From Bacteroidetes bacterium SB0662_bin_6 (lineage in GTDB: Bacteria; Bacteroidota; Rhodothermia; Rhodothermales; VXPQ01): a stretch of DNA of 64,000 bases. The stretch lies in the NCBI GenBank assembly GCA_009839485.1, contig VXPQ01000032.1, positions 90,982 through 154,981 on the forward strand. The letters run 5' to 3'. Below the pieces are notes generated by a model. It saw only the letters and a list, made by a program, of their open reading frames with translations, was not told where the DNA came from and did not search any database. Position 1 is the stretch's first letter; each line of letters starts with the position of its first letter. Of this stretch, positions 42,714-52,825 are shown one piece after another. The translations under genes were made by a program, and so were the position numbers.

Positions 42714-45700
42714 TTAATTACGCACGATGGTAAGATTTTTGGCCCCGGGCTCGATCGCCTCCATAGTCTCTGTACCGTCCGCCCAGCGTACCCAGACATC
42801 CTGGACCTTTCCGGCGCCATATCCCATCAACAGCGTCGTCGAAGACTGACTCCAATATCCCGACCCCGCCGACACTATCCGGACCGGTCCCCAGTCGCTC
42901 TCGCCATAGCGAAGCCGCACAAGCGCGCCTATAGCGGGCCTGCCTGATTCGCTGAGGCGAATCCGCAAGCCGGATTGCGCCCGCTTGTTCCGAAAAAGGT
43001 TCGTCTCTGCCCCGTTTTGCGTCACCACCATGTCAAGCCGCCCATCCTCGTCGTAATCGCTCGCAGCAACGGCCCGTTGTTCCCCGTATACCTTTATCCC
43101 GGACATATCTCCCCTGGCGCTCGTAAAACTACCGTGGCCATTGCCCATCAGCCAAAGTCCCCGGCCCGCATCAAGGCGAGGCGTACCAGACGGCAGGGCA
43201 AACATGTTCTGGCCGATAAAAAGGTCCTCGTTCCCATCGGAATTCAGGTCGCCGACCACCATGCCGAAACCCGCTGTCCATTGTGCCTCAACGGGAAGCG
43301 GATGTACCTCAAAACCGGATTCTCTATTGAGAAAGACCGTGGAAGCAAGCCATGTCGCGTTCTTGTATGCGCCTCGGGCCAACCGAGGGCCGATCATTTC
43401 GTCAAGGGTTGAAGCTGCATACTGACGAAAGGTGCGCACTCGCCGGCGCACCAGAGGCAATCCGGCCGAAAGGGCAACCAGTTTGCGTGTTGGAACGTAC
43501 CCCCCCACAACCTGCTCATATCTGGCCTCCACGATATCCATCCGGTTGTCCAGATCGAAATCTCCGTAGTACAGTCGCAAGTCGTGCCCGTCACGTTCCG
43601 GTCGACCATACGGCGAATTCCATCCCCAGTTCGTCGCGACAATGTCCAGGCGCCCATCCCCATTGAAGTCCCCCAGTCCAACGCCTTGCCACCACCCCTT
43701 GTAGTTCTCCAATCCATAGGAGGCCGTGACATCTTCAAACTTGCCTGCGCCCAGCCCTCGAAACACCTGTATGGAACCCCATTCGGTAGCCAGTATCACA
43801 TCCTGGTTGCCATCTCCGTCGAGATCGCCAATAGCTATTCCACTCACAAGACCGGGACGGTCAAAGACCTGTGAGCTTTCATCGTACACAAAGCGATCTT
43901 CTTCATTCCAATACACCACCGATGAAGCTGCTTCAGGATAGCGTCCGGGAACATGCCGCCCCCCGGCAAGGATATCCATATCTCCATCTCCATCAAGGTC
44001 CCCAAGCGAAAGAGGCCCTACACTCGAAGAGCCGAATGGAAGACGCTGAATCCGTTCAAAGGAGCCTTCCGGTCGAACACGATAGATATCGACGGTAGAG
44101 GGAGCATACGGCCGCGCTTCATAGCCTGATATGCCGACCGCTACGAGCGCCCCTGCCTCGACACGCTCCAATACAACAATCCCCGTTTGATCCCCCGGGC
44201 TTTTTTCACCGACGGACCGCGGGGCTTCCAGGCGGCCGGTCCCGGTGTTACGAAGTAACGTCAGGCGCCCTCCACGGCCATTCCCTATGAGCAAATCATC
44301 ATCTCCATCCCCGTCCACATCAGCCCATGCCGCTGCGGGCCCCTGTCGGCTAAGTTTCCATGGAAGAAGAGGCTGCTCCCGAAAATCGTCAAAGAAGGGC
44401 TCGTGATGTTCATGCACAATCCGGATTTTTTCAAAGTATGGATCGGGTTCGGTTAAATGTTCATTCGTCGTACGTCGAACGACAGAAGATTCAAATATTT
44501 CATAATGCCTGTTGGCCTGCACCCTCTCGACAAGCGTACGCCCGCCACTGCGCCACAACACTTCAAGTCGCATATCTTGTGCATCGCCGGCGGCAAAAGA
44601 AACCAACGTCTCACTGGAAGAAAGGTATTGCCCCCCGGCAATGATTTCCTTTTCCTGCACCGGCAAGCCCCCGCCCGAAAGGCGGACTTTCGCTCCGATA
44701 CCCTTCGTGTTCGGAAATAATCCCCGCAGGCTTACCGCCACACGGGAATTGGATGTATGGTTGCGAAACAGGGCGGCGGGCCGGTTCAGGCGACTGACAA
44801 CCACATCAAGATCGCCGTCACGATCCAGATCACCCAAAGCCAGCCCGTGGGAGACATCGGCTTCATAGCCCAGGCCCCAACCATCGGCAATTTCTTCAAA
44901 GGTCCCGTCTCCCCGATTACGAAAAGCGATGTTTTTGAGATCAAGGGGTGGAAACAGCAGCACTTCATCCCGCCACGCTTCTCCGGAGGATATCGTCGCC
45001 ATGCGCATGCGCGTGTCCGCATCCATGGCGTCATAGGCATGCCCCGTGGCCAGCAGCAGATCTTCCCAGCCATCCAGGTCCACATCCAGAAAAGCACTGC
45101 CCCAGGTCCATTCGGAGGCATGAATTCCGGCCATGTGGGCAATCTCGGAAAAGGCGCCGTCTCCCCGGTTGAGAAAGAGCGTGTTTTGCATCTCCTGGGG
45201 ACGGTTGTCTATGTCTCCTGGATCGGATAATTCGGGAAACTGCAGGCCGGGCTGCTGCCTGTGGCGTCGTCGATGATCACGGCTAAGCATGTCTGCCTGA
45301 AAAAGATCCGCATCGCCGTCTCTGTCCATGTCGGAAACAGCCACAGCCATAGTAGACTGGCTCGTCTTGCGGAAAGTCAGGCGAGGCACTGCCCTGAAAG
45401 TCCCCTGCCCATCGCCAAGCCAGAAATGATCCGGACTCTCAAAATCATTGCATACCAGCAGGTCAGGCGCCCCGTCCCCATTGATATCCTGAAACCGCAC
45501 AGTCAAAGCCCAATCACGAGGCGCCTCCTGCAATGCCCGACCCTCTTCGTCAAGGAATGCTCCCCCGGTAAAGGACTGAGGGGTAAAGCGCCCTGCGCCG
45601 TCATTGATATAGTAGCCATCCACCTCACCGCTTTCGAAACGCATCACGCGATCCTTTTGCACACGAACGACATAATGCCGATCAAAAGGCGGTGTAATTA

Positions 45701-46388
45701 CGTACCTGTTGCCCTCTCGCTTTACCACGCGTTCAAAAGCGCGCTCATGCGGGGGATACATATCCCGCACCGTCCGGGTCTTGTAGTTTCCGACGTACAA
45801 ATCAAGATCGCCGTCCCCGTCCGTGTCCGCCAGCGCCACCGTAGTACTTCCCCGGCGAGAAAACAGGCCAAGCGAATCGGGGGATTCCACGAAACGGCCC
45901 TGCCCGTCATTGAAAAACACGGCATTGGGTCCCCCCATAGCCGTAACCAGTACATCCAGATCCCCGTCTCCATCCACATCCGCCATTGCAGTTCCGGTCG
46001 AGAAGCGATCCGGCGCTGCCACACCCGCACGCTGCGTAATGTCTTCGAAGCGCCACCCGCCCAGATTTCGATAAAGCACATTTGGCCCACTGAGGCGAGT
46101 CAGATAAATATCCGGCCATTCGTCTCCGTCCACATCCCCTACAGCCACGCCCGATCCGTTCAGGTAGTGACGATTCGCCAGAAATTCCTTCTCCTCGATG
46201 CTGTTGATCGCATCTACTCCGGTGCGGCGCTGCCCCATAGGATCAAACCCGGCGGTCACAGAACCGGAGACATGCAAATTTCGCCATCGATGGCTCGATT
46301 CTTCATGCCATAGGTTATCGGAATCCGGACTACAGCCCCCAAAACAGAGAAGAATCGCAGCAGACAAACAGGCTCTAAGCAGATTCAT
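42714..46388 (-). CDS. FG-GAP/VCBS-repeat protein with C-terminal ASPIC/UnbV domain (CRTAC1-like), lipoprotein
   Basis: 1224 aa. Signal plus lipobox ...LLCFGGC|SPD. More than 12 repeats of the D-x-D/N-G-D-G-x-x-D calcium-binding FG-GAP type (GDVDGDEWPDIY, DVDGDGDLDV, DTDGDGDLDLY...). C-terminus ...VRLRYGESDWGPVRIVSAGSGYWSQSSTTLLMGYG is typical of ASPIC/UnbV. Confidence 0.88.
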   Translation of the reverse strand: MNLLRACLSAAILLCFGGCSPDSDNLWHEESSHRWRNLHVSGSVTAGFDPMGQRRTGVDAINSIEEKEFLANRHYLNGSGVAVGDVDGDEWPDIYLTRLSGPNVLYRNLGGWRFEDITQRAGVAAPDRFSTGTAMADVDGDGDLDVLVTAMGGPNAVFFNDGQGRFVESPDSLGLFSRRGSTTVALADTDGDGDLDLYVGNYKTRTVRDMYPPHERAFERVVKREGNRYVITPPFDRHYVVRVQKDRVMRFESGEVDGYYINDGAGRFTPQSFTGGAFLDEEGRALQEAPRDWALTVRFQDINGDGAPDLLVCNDFESPDHFWLGDGQGTFRAVPRLTFRKTSQSTMAVAVSDMDRDGDADLFQADMLSRDHRRRHRQQPGLQFPELSDPGDIDNRPQEMQNTLFLNRGDGAFSEIAHMAGIHASEWTWGSAFLDVDLDGWEDLLLATGHAYDAMDADTRMRMATISSGEAWRDEVLLFPPLDLKNIAFRNRGDGTFEEIADGWGLGYEADVSHGLALGDLDRDGDLDVVVSRLNRPAALFRNHTSNSRVAVSLRGLFPNTKGIGAKVRLSGGGLPVQEKEIIAGGQYLSSSETLVSFAAGDAQDMRLEVLWRSGGRTLVERVQANRHYEIFESSVVRRTTNEHLTEPDPYFEKIRIVHEHHEPFFDDFREQPLLPWKLSRQGPAAAWADVDGDGDDDLLIGNGRGGRLTLLRNTGTGRLEAPRSVGEKSPGDQTGIVVLERVEAGALVAVGISGYEARPYAPSTVDIYRVRPEGSFERIQRLPFGSSSVGPLSLGDLDGDGDMDILAGGRHVPGRYPEAASSVVYWNEEDRFVYDESSQVFDRPGLVSGIAIGDLDGDGNQDVILATEWGSIQVFRGLGAGKFEDVTASYGLENYKGWWQGVGLGDFNGDGRLDIVATNWGWNSPYGRPERDGHDLRLYYGDFDLDNRMDIVEARYEQVVGGYVPTRKLVALSAGLPLVRRRVRTFRQYAASTLDEMIGPRLARGAYKNATWLASTVFLNRESGFEVHPLPVEAQWTAGFGMVVGDLNSDGNEDLFIGQNMFALPSGTPRLDAGRGLWLMGNGHGSFTSARGDMSGIKVYGEQRAVAASDYDEDGRLDMVVTQNGAETNLFRNKRAQSGLRIRLSESGRPAIGALVRLRYGESDWGPVRIVSAGSGYWSQSSTTLLMGYGAGKVQDVWVRWADGTETMEAIEPGAKNLTIVRN

Positions 46389-46691
46389 ACCGAAGCGACT
46401 TCACGGTCCGTATTACTTCGGAGATAATGATTCGGAATGGTCTCTGGGAGCATTGCAGGGGTATTCAGAAATGGACGGAAAAACCGGGCTGTCTTTTTCG
46501 TGGATTTACGTGTACTGCCTCGCCGGGTTATGCCGCCTTCGTGATCGGTTTTCATTTACAGAATACGTTGTCGGGTGTTCGGTTTGCAAGTCCCTTCCAG
46601 GGGGCCAATAGCAAATTCTTTCACCCCTTTTCCATAAACCACTTCATTTATGTACTATGTAAAATGGTAGCCGCAATCGGAAACGTGCCGG

Positions 46692-46859
46692 GGGAACGTG
46701 GATCCCACCGGCTATCGCAGCGTCTACGACGAATCCAAACGCTTTGCGGAAGCCATGACCATGGCGTATCATCGCTACCATGCCGTGGATACGCGGATCG
46801 TGCGCATATTCAACACCTTCGGTCTCCATATGCGCCTGGATGCCGGACGAGCGCTGCCT
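46692..46859 (+). pseudogene. Internal fragment (about 56 codons) of a UDP-glucuronate decarboxylase / SDR-type NAD-dependent sugar epimerase-dehydratase gene
   Basis: The frame reads [56 protein letters not shown]. This is the conserved central block of UXS-type enzymes (catalytic YxxxK region ...Y.E.KR.AE... and DTRI.RIFNT.GP.M). No Rossmann N-terminus lies upstream, and the downstream frame degenerates immediately. Confidence 0.7.
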
Positions 46860-46942
46860 CCGGGACAATGTGCTGCCCATCGTAGTAACGCTCCCCATCA
46901 ATCCGCGTATATTTTTTTAAAGCATTTAACACACCGAATACC

Positions 46943-47839
46943 TTGCAAAATATTCATCTCGAACGGCTGGAGTCCGAAGCCATATACATCATGCGTGAAA
47001 CGGCCGCACAATTCGAACGGCCATGCCTGATGTTCTCGGGTGGTAAGGATTCTCTCGTCATGGTGCACCTCGCCCGGAAAGCGTTCTGGCCAGCGCCTAT
47101 TCCGTTCCCCCTCTTACATGTGGACACCGGGCACAATTTCCCGGAAACGCTTGAACTGCGAGACAGGCTGGTAAAAAATATCGGCGCGAAATTGATCGTC
47201 CGAACCGTACAGGAATCCATAGACCGGGGGCGTGTCCAGGAAGAAGAGGGGCCGAACGCAAGCCGCAACATGCTGCAAATAACCACCCTGCTCGATGCGC
47301 TGGAAGAACTCAAGGTGGACGGTGCTCTCGGCGGTGCACGGCGCGACGAGGAAAAGGCCCGCGCCAAGGAGCGTTTCTTCTCGCACCGGGACAGTTTTGG
47401 GCAATGGGATCCCAAGAACCAGCGCCCGGAACTGTGGCATATTTTCAATGGAAGAAAGCGTCCTGGAGAGCATTTCAGAATTTTCCCATTGAGCAACTGG
47501 ACGGAACTGGACATATGGGGGTACGTCCTCATGGAAAGCATTGAGATTCCGTCCATGTACTTCGCCCATGAACGCGAAATTGTAGACCGGAACGGTGTGC
47601 TTCTCGCAAAATGTGACTATATCTCTTTGCTCCATGGCGAAACCTGGGAACAGGAAACGATCCGTTTTCGGACCGTGGGCGACATGACATGCACAGGTGC
47701 AATCCGGTCCACCGCTGCAACATTGGAAGAAATCATTGAGGAGGTTGGATCAGCTCGCGTCACCGAACGCGGAGCACGCGCCGACGACATGCGCTCGGAG
47801 GCTGCAATGGAGGACCGCAAAAAACAAGGCTATTTCTAA
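46943..47839 (+). CDS. cysD: Sulfate adenylyltransferase subunit 2
   Basis: ...[32 protein letters not shown]... (PAPS-reductase-fold PP-loop). 298 aa with a TTG start at 46943. Confidence 0.93.
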   Translation: MQNIHLERLESEAIYIMRETAAQFERPCLMFSGGKDSLVMVHLARKAFWPAPIPFPLLHVDTGHNFPETLELRDRLVKNIGAKLIVRTVQESIDRGRVQEEEGPNASRNMLQITTLLDALEELKVDGALGGARRDEEKARAKERFFSHRDSFGQWDPKNQRPELWHIFNGRKRPGEHFRIFPLSNWTELDIWGYVLMESIEIPSMYFAHEREIVDRNGVLLAKCDYISLLHGETWEQETIRFRTVGDMTCTGAIRSTAATLEEIIEEVGSARVTERGARADDMRSEAAMEDRKKQGYF

Positions 47840-47907
47840 CGATCCCGGACGGATCGAAACTTGCCCGCATCCACTCGAATACCGGCTCTTTCGACCACTG
47901 CCTTTCA

Positions 47908-49791
47908 ATGGATTTACTACGATTTACCACAGCAGGCAATGTAGACGACGGCAAATCGACGCTGATCGGCCGCCTCCTCTACGATTCGCGAGCCATTCAC
48001 CTGGATCAATACGAAGCCATTGAGCGCGCCAGTGCAAGCCAGGGCAACGGCGCAATCAATCTGGCCTTGCTCACAGACGGACTGCGCGCAGAGCGCGAGC
48101 AAGGGATCACTATCGACGTGGCATACCGGTATTTTTCCACCGCGCAGCGAAAATTCATCATTGCCGATACACCGGGACATATCCAGTATACACGCAATAT
48201 GGTAACCGGGGCATCGACCGCCGAACTGGCTATCATTCTGATCGATGCACGTAATGGCGTATTGCAACAATCACGCCGGCACGGATTCATTGCTTCGTTG
48301 CTCCAGATTCCCCACATACTGGTGGCGATCAATAAAATGGATCTCGTGGGGTACTCCGAAGAAACATATCGGGAAATCGTCGCCGACTACAGGGAATTCG
48401 TCCGGAGAGTAGATATCGACGATGTCGTTTTCATCCCCATTTCCGCACTGGCGGGGGACAATGTCGTCGAACAAAGCGATCAGATGGACTGGTACAGGGG
48501 ACCGACCATTCTGCACCACCTTGAAACGGTAAAGGTGGGCGAAGGACGTAACGTGGTCGATTTCCGGTTCCCGGTGCAATACGTAATACGCCCGAACCAG
48601 AATTTTCGCGGGTATGCGGGGCGCGTCGTATCGGGGTCCATTGCGCCGGGCGAGGACATCGTCGTGCTTCCGTCCGGTCGGGAAAGCCGTGTGCATTCCA
48701 TCGTCTATATGGAGGACAATATTCAACGGGCCCGCGCAGGCGATTCGGTCGTAATTACGATGGAAGACGACATCGATATCGGGCGTGGAGACATGATCGT
48801 CCGGCGCCGCAACCAGCCCCAGATCACTCGCAGTATCGACGCCGATATATGCTGGATGAGCGAGCAGCCGATGCAAACGAATCGGCGATGGATTCTTCAG
48901 CATACCACCCGAAACATTCAGGCAGTCGTCGGTAATGTGATCTATCGCATGAATGTCGATACACTCCATCGCGAAACAGCAGACACCTTCCGTCTGAACG
49001 ACATCGGACGAATCGAATTTGAATTGGCCGACCCGATTTTCGTCGATGCGTATCGGGTCAACCGGGAAACCGGAAGTTTCATCCTGATAGATCCGGAAAC
49101 CAACAATACAGTGGCTGCCGGCATGATCCGTGGCGCAGCGCAGCACGTTCCGCCGGTCGGACGCGTTGCTACCATGGAACGTCCTGTTTCCCCGGGGGTC
49201 GTGTGGACCGAATTGTACATTCCGAGGGAAGAACGCGAAAAACAACAGGGACACCAGGCCGCAGTAATCTGGCTGACAGGACTTTCCGGATCAGGCAAAT
49301 CGACCATTGCACGAGCGCTGGAAAAACGTCTCTTCGAGCATGGTGTGCGTACCATGTCGATCGACGGCGACCAGGTACGTCACGGGCTGTGTGGCGATCT
49401 GAGTTTCTCCGAGGCGGATCGGACCGAAAACATTCGCCGCGTCAGCGAAGCGGCCCGATTGTTCTTCGAACAGGGCAGCATTACCATCTGCGCTCTCGTA
49501 TCACCTTACCGGCAAGATCGCGCGTACCCCAGGCACATCATTCCGGAAAAACATTTCTTTGAAGTGCACGTGGATTGCGACCTCGAGATATGCAAGGATC
49601 GCGATCCGAAAGGATTATACAGGAAAGCGCTCGACAACGAAATTCCCGAATTCACGGGCATTTCGGCGCCGTACGAACCCCCGGAAAATCCGGAACTGCT
49701 ACTACAGACCCATGTCCTGTCCGTAGAGGAATGCGTCGACCGGATCATTGCCCTGCTCGTAACGCAAGGCATCATGAAGGACATGTCATAG
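47908..49791 (+). CDS. cysNC: Bifunctional sulfate adenylyltransferase subunit 1 / adenylyl-sulfate kinase
   Basis: N-terminal GTPase (AGNVDDGKSTLIGRLL, DTPGH, NKMD) fused to a C-terminal APS kinase (VIWLTGLSGSGKSTIA...). 627 aa. Confidence 0.95.
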   Translation: MDLLRFTTAGNVDDGKSTLIGRLLYDSRAIHLDQYEAIERASASQGNGAINLALLTDGLRAEREQGITIDVAYRYFSTAQRKFIIADTPGHIQYTRNMVTGASTAELAIILIDARNGVLQQSRRHGFIASLLQIPHILVAINKMDLVGYSEETYREIVADYREFVRRVDIDDVVFIPISALAGDNVVEQSDQMDWYRGPTILHHLETVKVGEGRNVVDFRFPVQYVIRPNQNFRGYAGRVVSGSIAPGEDIVVLPSGRESRVHSIVYMEDNIQRARAGDSVVITMEDDIDIGRGDMIVRRRNQPQITRSIDADICWMSEQPMQTNRRWILQHTTRNIQAVVGNVIYRMNVDTLHRETADTFRLNDIGRIEFELADPIFVDAYRVNRETGSFILIDPETNNTVAAGMIRGAAQHVPPVGRVATMERPVSPGVVWTELYIPREEREKQQGHQAAVIWLTGLSGSGKSTIARALEKRLFEHGVRTMSIDGDQVRHGLCGDLSFSEADRTENIRRVSEAARLFFEQGSITICALVSPYRQDRAYPRHIIPEKHFFEVHVDCDLEICKDRDPKGLYRKALDNEIPEFTGISAPYEPPENPELLLQTHVLSVEECVDRIIALLVTQGIMKDMS

Positions 49792-49800
49792 GATACTCTG

Positions 49801-51570
49801 ATGCCCTGGCAAGCCTGGTTCACCCTTATAATCATTCTGGTTATGATCGTGGCCCTTGTGCGCGAATGGGCACGGGTGGATGTAACCATTCTGTTGGCGT
49901 TGAGCACCCTTCTCCTGGCCGGAGTAGTAACCCCTATTGAAGCTTTTTCGGGGGTTGCATGGGAAGCGGTCATTACCATTGCCGCCCTGTACGTGGTAGC
50001 CGCCGGCGTTCATCAAACAGGGCTGCTCACCTGGATAGATCGCTGGCTGGTGCAGTCCGGCGGCACAGTGACATCGCTTCTTTTCCGTGTTATGACGCCT
50101 GCCGCAGTGTTGTCCGCCTTTCTGAACAACACCCCGGTGGTCGCCATGCTCATACCTCGAATGCAGGCAGTGGCCCGAAAAACCGGCATATCGGTATCGA
50201 AGTTGTTGATGCCTCTCTCTTTCGCTGCGATTGCAGGAGGGATGATCACGCTTATCGGCACCTCGACGAACATCATTGCTTCAGGACTTATTCGCGAGGC
50301 CGGCCTGCAGGAATTCGGGCTGTTTGAATTTGCCTGGATAGGTCTGCCCGCGGCCGTCCTGACCGTGGCGTACCTGTCTCTTGTCGGGCATCGGCTAATG
50401 CCGGACACGACCCCCGGCGACCGGGACAAGACGGATACACTGAATTACCGGTTTCGCCTGTGCGTACCTCCCGGCTCACCCCTCGCGGGCATGTCGATCC
50501 AAAAAGCGAATCTCCGGTCACTGGGCGACGCCTACCTCGTATATATCCGGCGTGGTCAGGATACAATTGGCCCGGTCGCTCCGGAAGAGATCATCCGGGA
50601 AGCAGACATTCTCACGTTTATCGGGCGTACGGATGCCAGGGAGCGTCTGCTTCGCGAGACCGATTTTTTTGCACATCCCACCAAAAACAAGCAGGATAAC
50701 CAGGAAACGGACCCCCCTCTGTTTCAAGCAGTGATTTCAATAAATTCGACCCTGGCCGGCAAAACGCTGAAGGACGTCAGCTTCCGGGAAAAATACGAGG
50801 GGGTTGTACTCGCCATCCATCGCAAGGACGAATCGATCCGTGGAGCGCTCGGCAAGGTTCCCCTCAAACCGGGCGACCTTCTTATCATCGAAGCTCAAAA
50901 GGGGTTTGACCGCCGCTGGAGCCAAAGCGAGGGCGATTTTTACCTTGTCACGCAAGATATTCGGAAGCAACAGCCGATAGATGAAAGAACAGGGCTGGTT
51001 CTGGCCATGCTGGCCATACTGATCACCTTGCATATCGTCGGTGTGCTCCCCCTCTCCGCAGCAGCCTTTACAGGTGCACTGGGCATGATTCTGATCGGTT
51101 TTTTGCGCGGCACCCAGTTGCGCCAATCCGTGGATATCGGCGTTATCCTGACGATTACAGGAGCTTTCGGTATCGGACACGCTGTCCAGACAAGTGGTCT
51201 GGCAACAGGACTGGGACACACCATCGCAACGATATTACCCGGCCAGCATCCTCTCATAGCGTTGCTGTTTCTGTACCTTGGCACCATGCTCGTCACAGAA
51301 ATCATCACGAACAGCGCCGCGGTTGTTATCATGATTCCCATTGCCCTGGTGACAGCCGTCGATATCGGTATGGAACCGCGCGCCGTAGCTCTGGCGGTGA
51401 CAATAGCGGCGTCGGCAAGCTTCCTTTCCCCGATCGGGTATCAAACGAATCTGATGGTGATGGGCGCTGGCGGATACCGGTTCAGGGATTATTTTCGGGC
51501 CGGGCTGCCCGTAAGCATCGCTGTCATGGCCATCACACTGGCCGCCGTGTATCTGAAGTGGCTCGGATAA
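49801..51570 (+). CDS. SLC13/DASS-family anion permease with two central TrkA-C (RCK_C) domains
   Basis: 589 aa. Polytopic N- and C-terminal halves flank two RCK_C-like segments (...PGSPLAGMSIQKANLRSLGDAYLVYIRRGQDTI... and ...NSTLAGKTLKDVSFREKYEGVVLAIHRKDE...). Starts 10 nt after cysNC. Confidence 0.85.
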   Translation: MPWQAWFTLIIILVMIVALVREWARVDVTILLALSTLLLAGVVTPIEAFSGVAWEAVITIAALYVVAAGVHQTGLLTWIDRWLVQSGGTVTSLLFRVMTPAAVLSAFLNNTPVVAMLIPRMQAVARKTGISVSKLLMPLSFAAIAGGMITLIGTSTNIIASGLIREAGLQEFGLFEFAWIGLPAAVLTVAYLSLVGHRLMPDTTPGDRDKTDTLNYRFRLCVPPGSPLAGMSIQKANLRSLGDAYLVYIRRGQDTIGPVAPEEIIREADILTFIGRTDARERLLRETDFFAHPTKNKQDNQETDPPLFQAVISINSTLAGKTLKDVSFREKYEGVVLAIHRKDESIRGALGKVPLKPGDLLIIEAQKGFDRRWSQSEGDFYLVTQDIRKQQPIDERTGLVLAMLAILITLHIVGVLPLSAAAFTGALGMILIGFLRGTQLRQSVDIGVILTITGAFGIGHAVQTSGLATGLGHTIATILPGQHPLIALLFLYLGTMLVTEIITNSAAVVIMIPIALVTAVDIGMEPRAVALAVTIAASASFLSPIGYQTNLMVMGAGGYRFRDYFRAGLPVSIAVMAITLAAVYLKWLG

Positions 51571-51595
51571 CCACATCCCGCGCACAAGGAGCCGG

Positions 51596-52552
51596 CTATA
51601 CGACCCGGTACGGGATATGCCTCGCGCCGCTGAGCACAGCCTGAACTGCTTCAGCGCACATTTCCGCCATTCTCAAACGCGTCGCATGCGTTGCGCTCCC
51701 AAGATGCGGCGCCATCACCACATTGTCGAGATCGAAAAGCCCCGGATGTACCGAAGGTTCATCCTCGAATACATCCAGGCCCGCCGCCCGAATCGTGCGG
51801 TTGCGAAGCGCATCGACAAGGGCTTCTTCATCCACCACGGCGCCACGCGCCGTATTCACCAGGATGGCGGACGGCTTCATACGCGCAAGCGCCTCGCGCC
51901 CGATGAGACCCTGGCTGGATTCATTGAGGCTGCAATGCAAGGAAACCACATCGCTGATTTCCAAAAGCGTATTCATGGAAACAAGACGGGCGCCCAGTTT
52001 CTGCTCCACGGACGGATTAGCGGGGGAACGATTGTGGTAGCATACACGCATTCCGAAACCTATAGCGCGGCGCGCCACGGCAGCCCCGATTCTACCCAGG
52101 CCCACGATACCTATCATACCACCACTCAGATCAGCGCCCAGCATGAGATCCGCTTCCCACCTTGAAAACTCCCCGGCTCGTACATACCGGTCTGCCGGCA
52201 CCACATTCCGTGCTGCTGCCAGAAGCAACGCAAACGCCATATCCGCTGTGGCTTCGGTGAGTACACCCGGAGTATTCGTAACAACGACTCCCCTGGTGCG
52301 CGCCGCTTCCAGATCAATATTGTCGTACCCCACCGCATACTGTGCGACCACCTTAATCCCGGGGCAGGCGCTCAATACCCGGTCGGTCACCGGATCCGAC
52401 AATAGCGTGATCAGTGCATCAGCCCCCTGGGCAATATCGATCAACTGGTCCTCATCCGGACCGCCGACGGAAAACTCATGCTGGACAATCTCGTGGCCAT
52501 TCAGCAGATGCAGCCCCCCTGAAGGCAACGGTCGCGTTACAACGATGCGCAT
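51596..52552 (-). CDS. D-isomer-specific 2-hydroxyacid dehydrogenase (glyoxylate/hydroxypyruvate reductase type)
   Basis: 318 aa with the NAD motif IGIVGLGRIGAAVARRA and the ...NTARG...D..AL... / ...AGLDVFE.EP... pattern. Confidence 0.9.
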   Translation of the reverse strand: MRIVVTRPLPSGGLHLLNGHEIVQHEFSVGGPDEDQLIDIAQGADALITLLSDPVTDRVLSACPGIKVVAQYAVGYDNIDLEAARTRGVVVTNTPGVLTEATADMAFALLLAAARNVVPADRYVRAGEFSRWEADLMLGADLSGGMIGIVGLGRIGAAVARRAIGFGMRVCYHNRSPANPSVEQKLGARLVSMNTLLEISDVVSLHCSLNESSQGLIGREALARMKPSAILVNTARGAVVDEEALVDALRNRTIRAAGLDVFEDEPSVHPGLFDLDNVVMAPHLGSATHATRLRMAEMCAEAVQAVLSGARHIPYRVV

Positions 52553-52764
52553 GACGGACGAAATAAATCAGAAACGGAAGCCACAAGAAAAACAAAACCG
52601 GGCATAAAGTACATGCAAAGCGTCTGCTATACGTAATGAAGAATGTTTTTTTCAAAGGCCCTGGAGCCTCAACCTCTATGGAACACCGCGGACAGAAGAA
52701 CATCGACATGACCGGGGGACCTCCGGGAAACCGGCAAGGGGGGGCGATGGTTACCGCAAGGGTT

Positions 52765-52800
52765 TAGGGCCTGTTAACACTATGCAGCGGCGCTCTGCGG
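52765..52800. repeat. Left copy of a 36-nt inverted repeat (partner at 56542-56577)
   Basis: TAGGGCCTGTTAACACTATGCAGCGGCGCTCTGCGG. Its reverse complement recurs at 56542-56577 with 1 mismatch, and the inner 30 nt are identical. It ends 25 nt upstream of the glycosyltransferase ATG. Confidence 0.9.
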
Positions 52801-52825
52801 CGTCCCGATCTCTACGGTCATCGAA

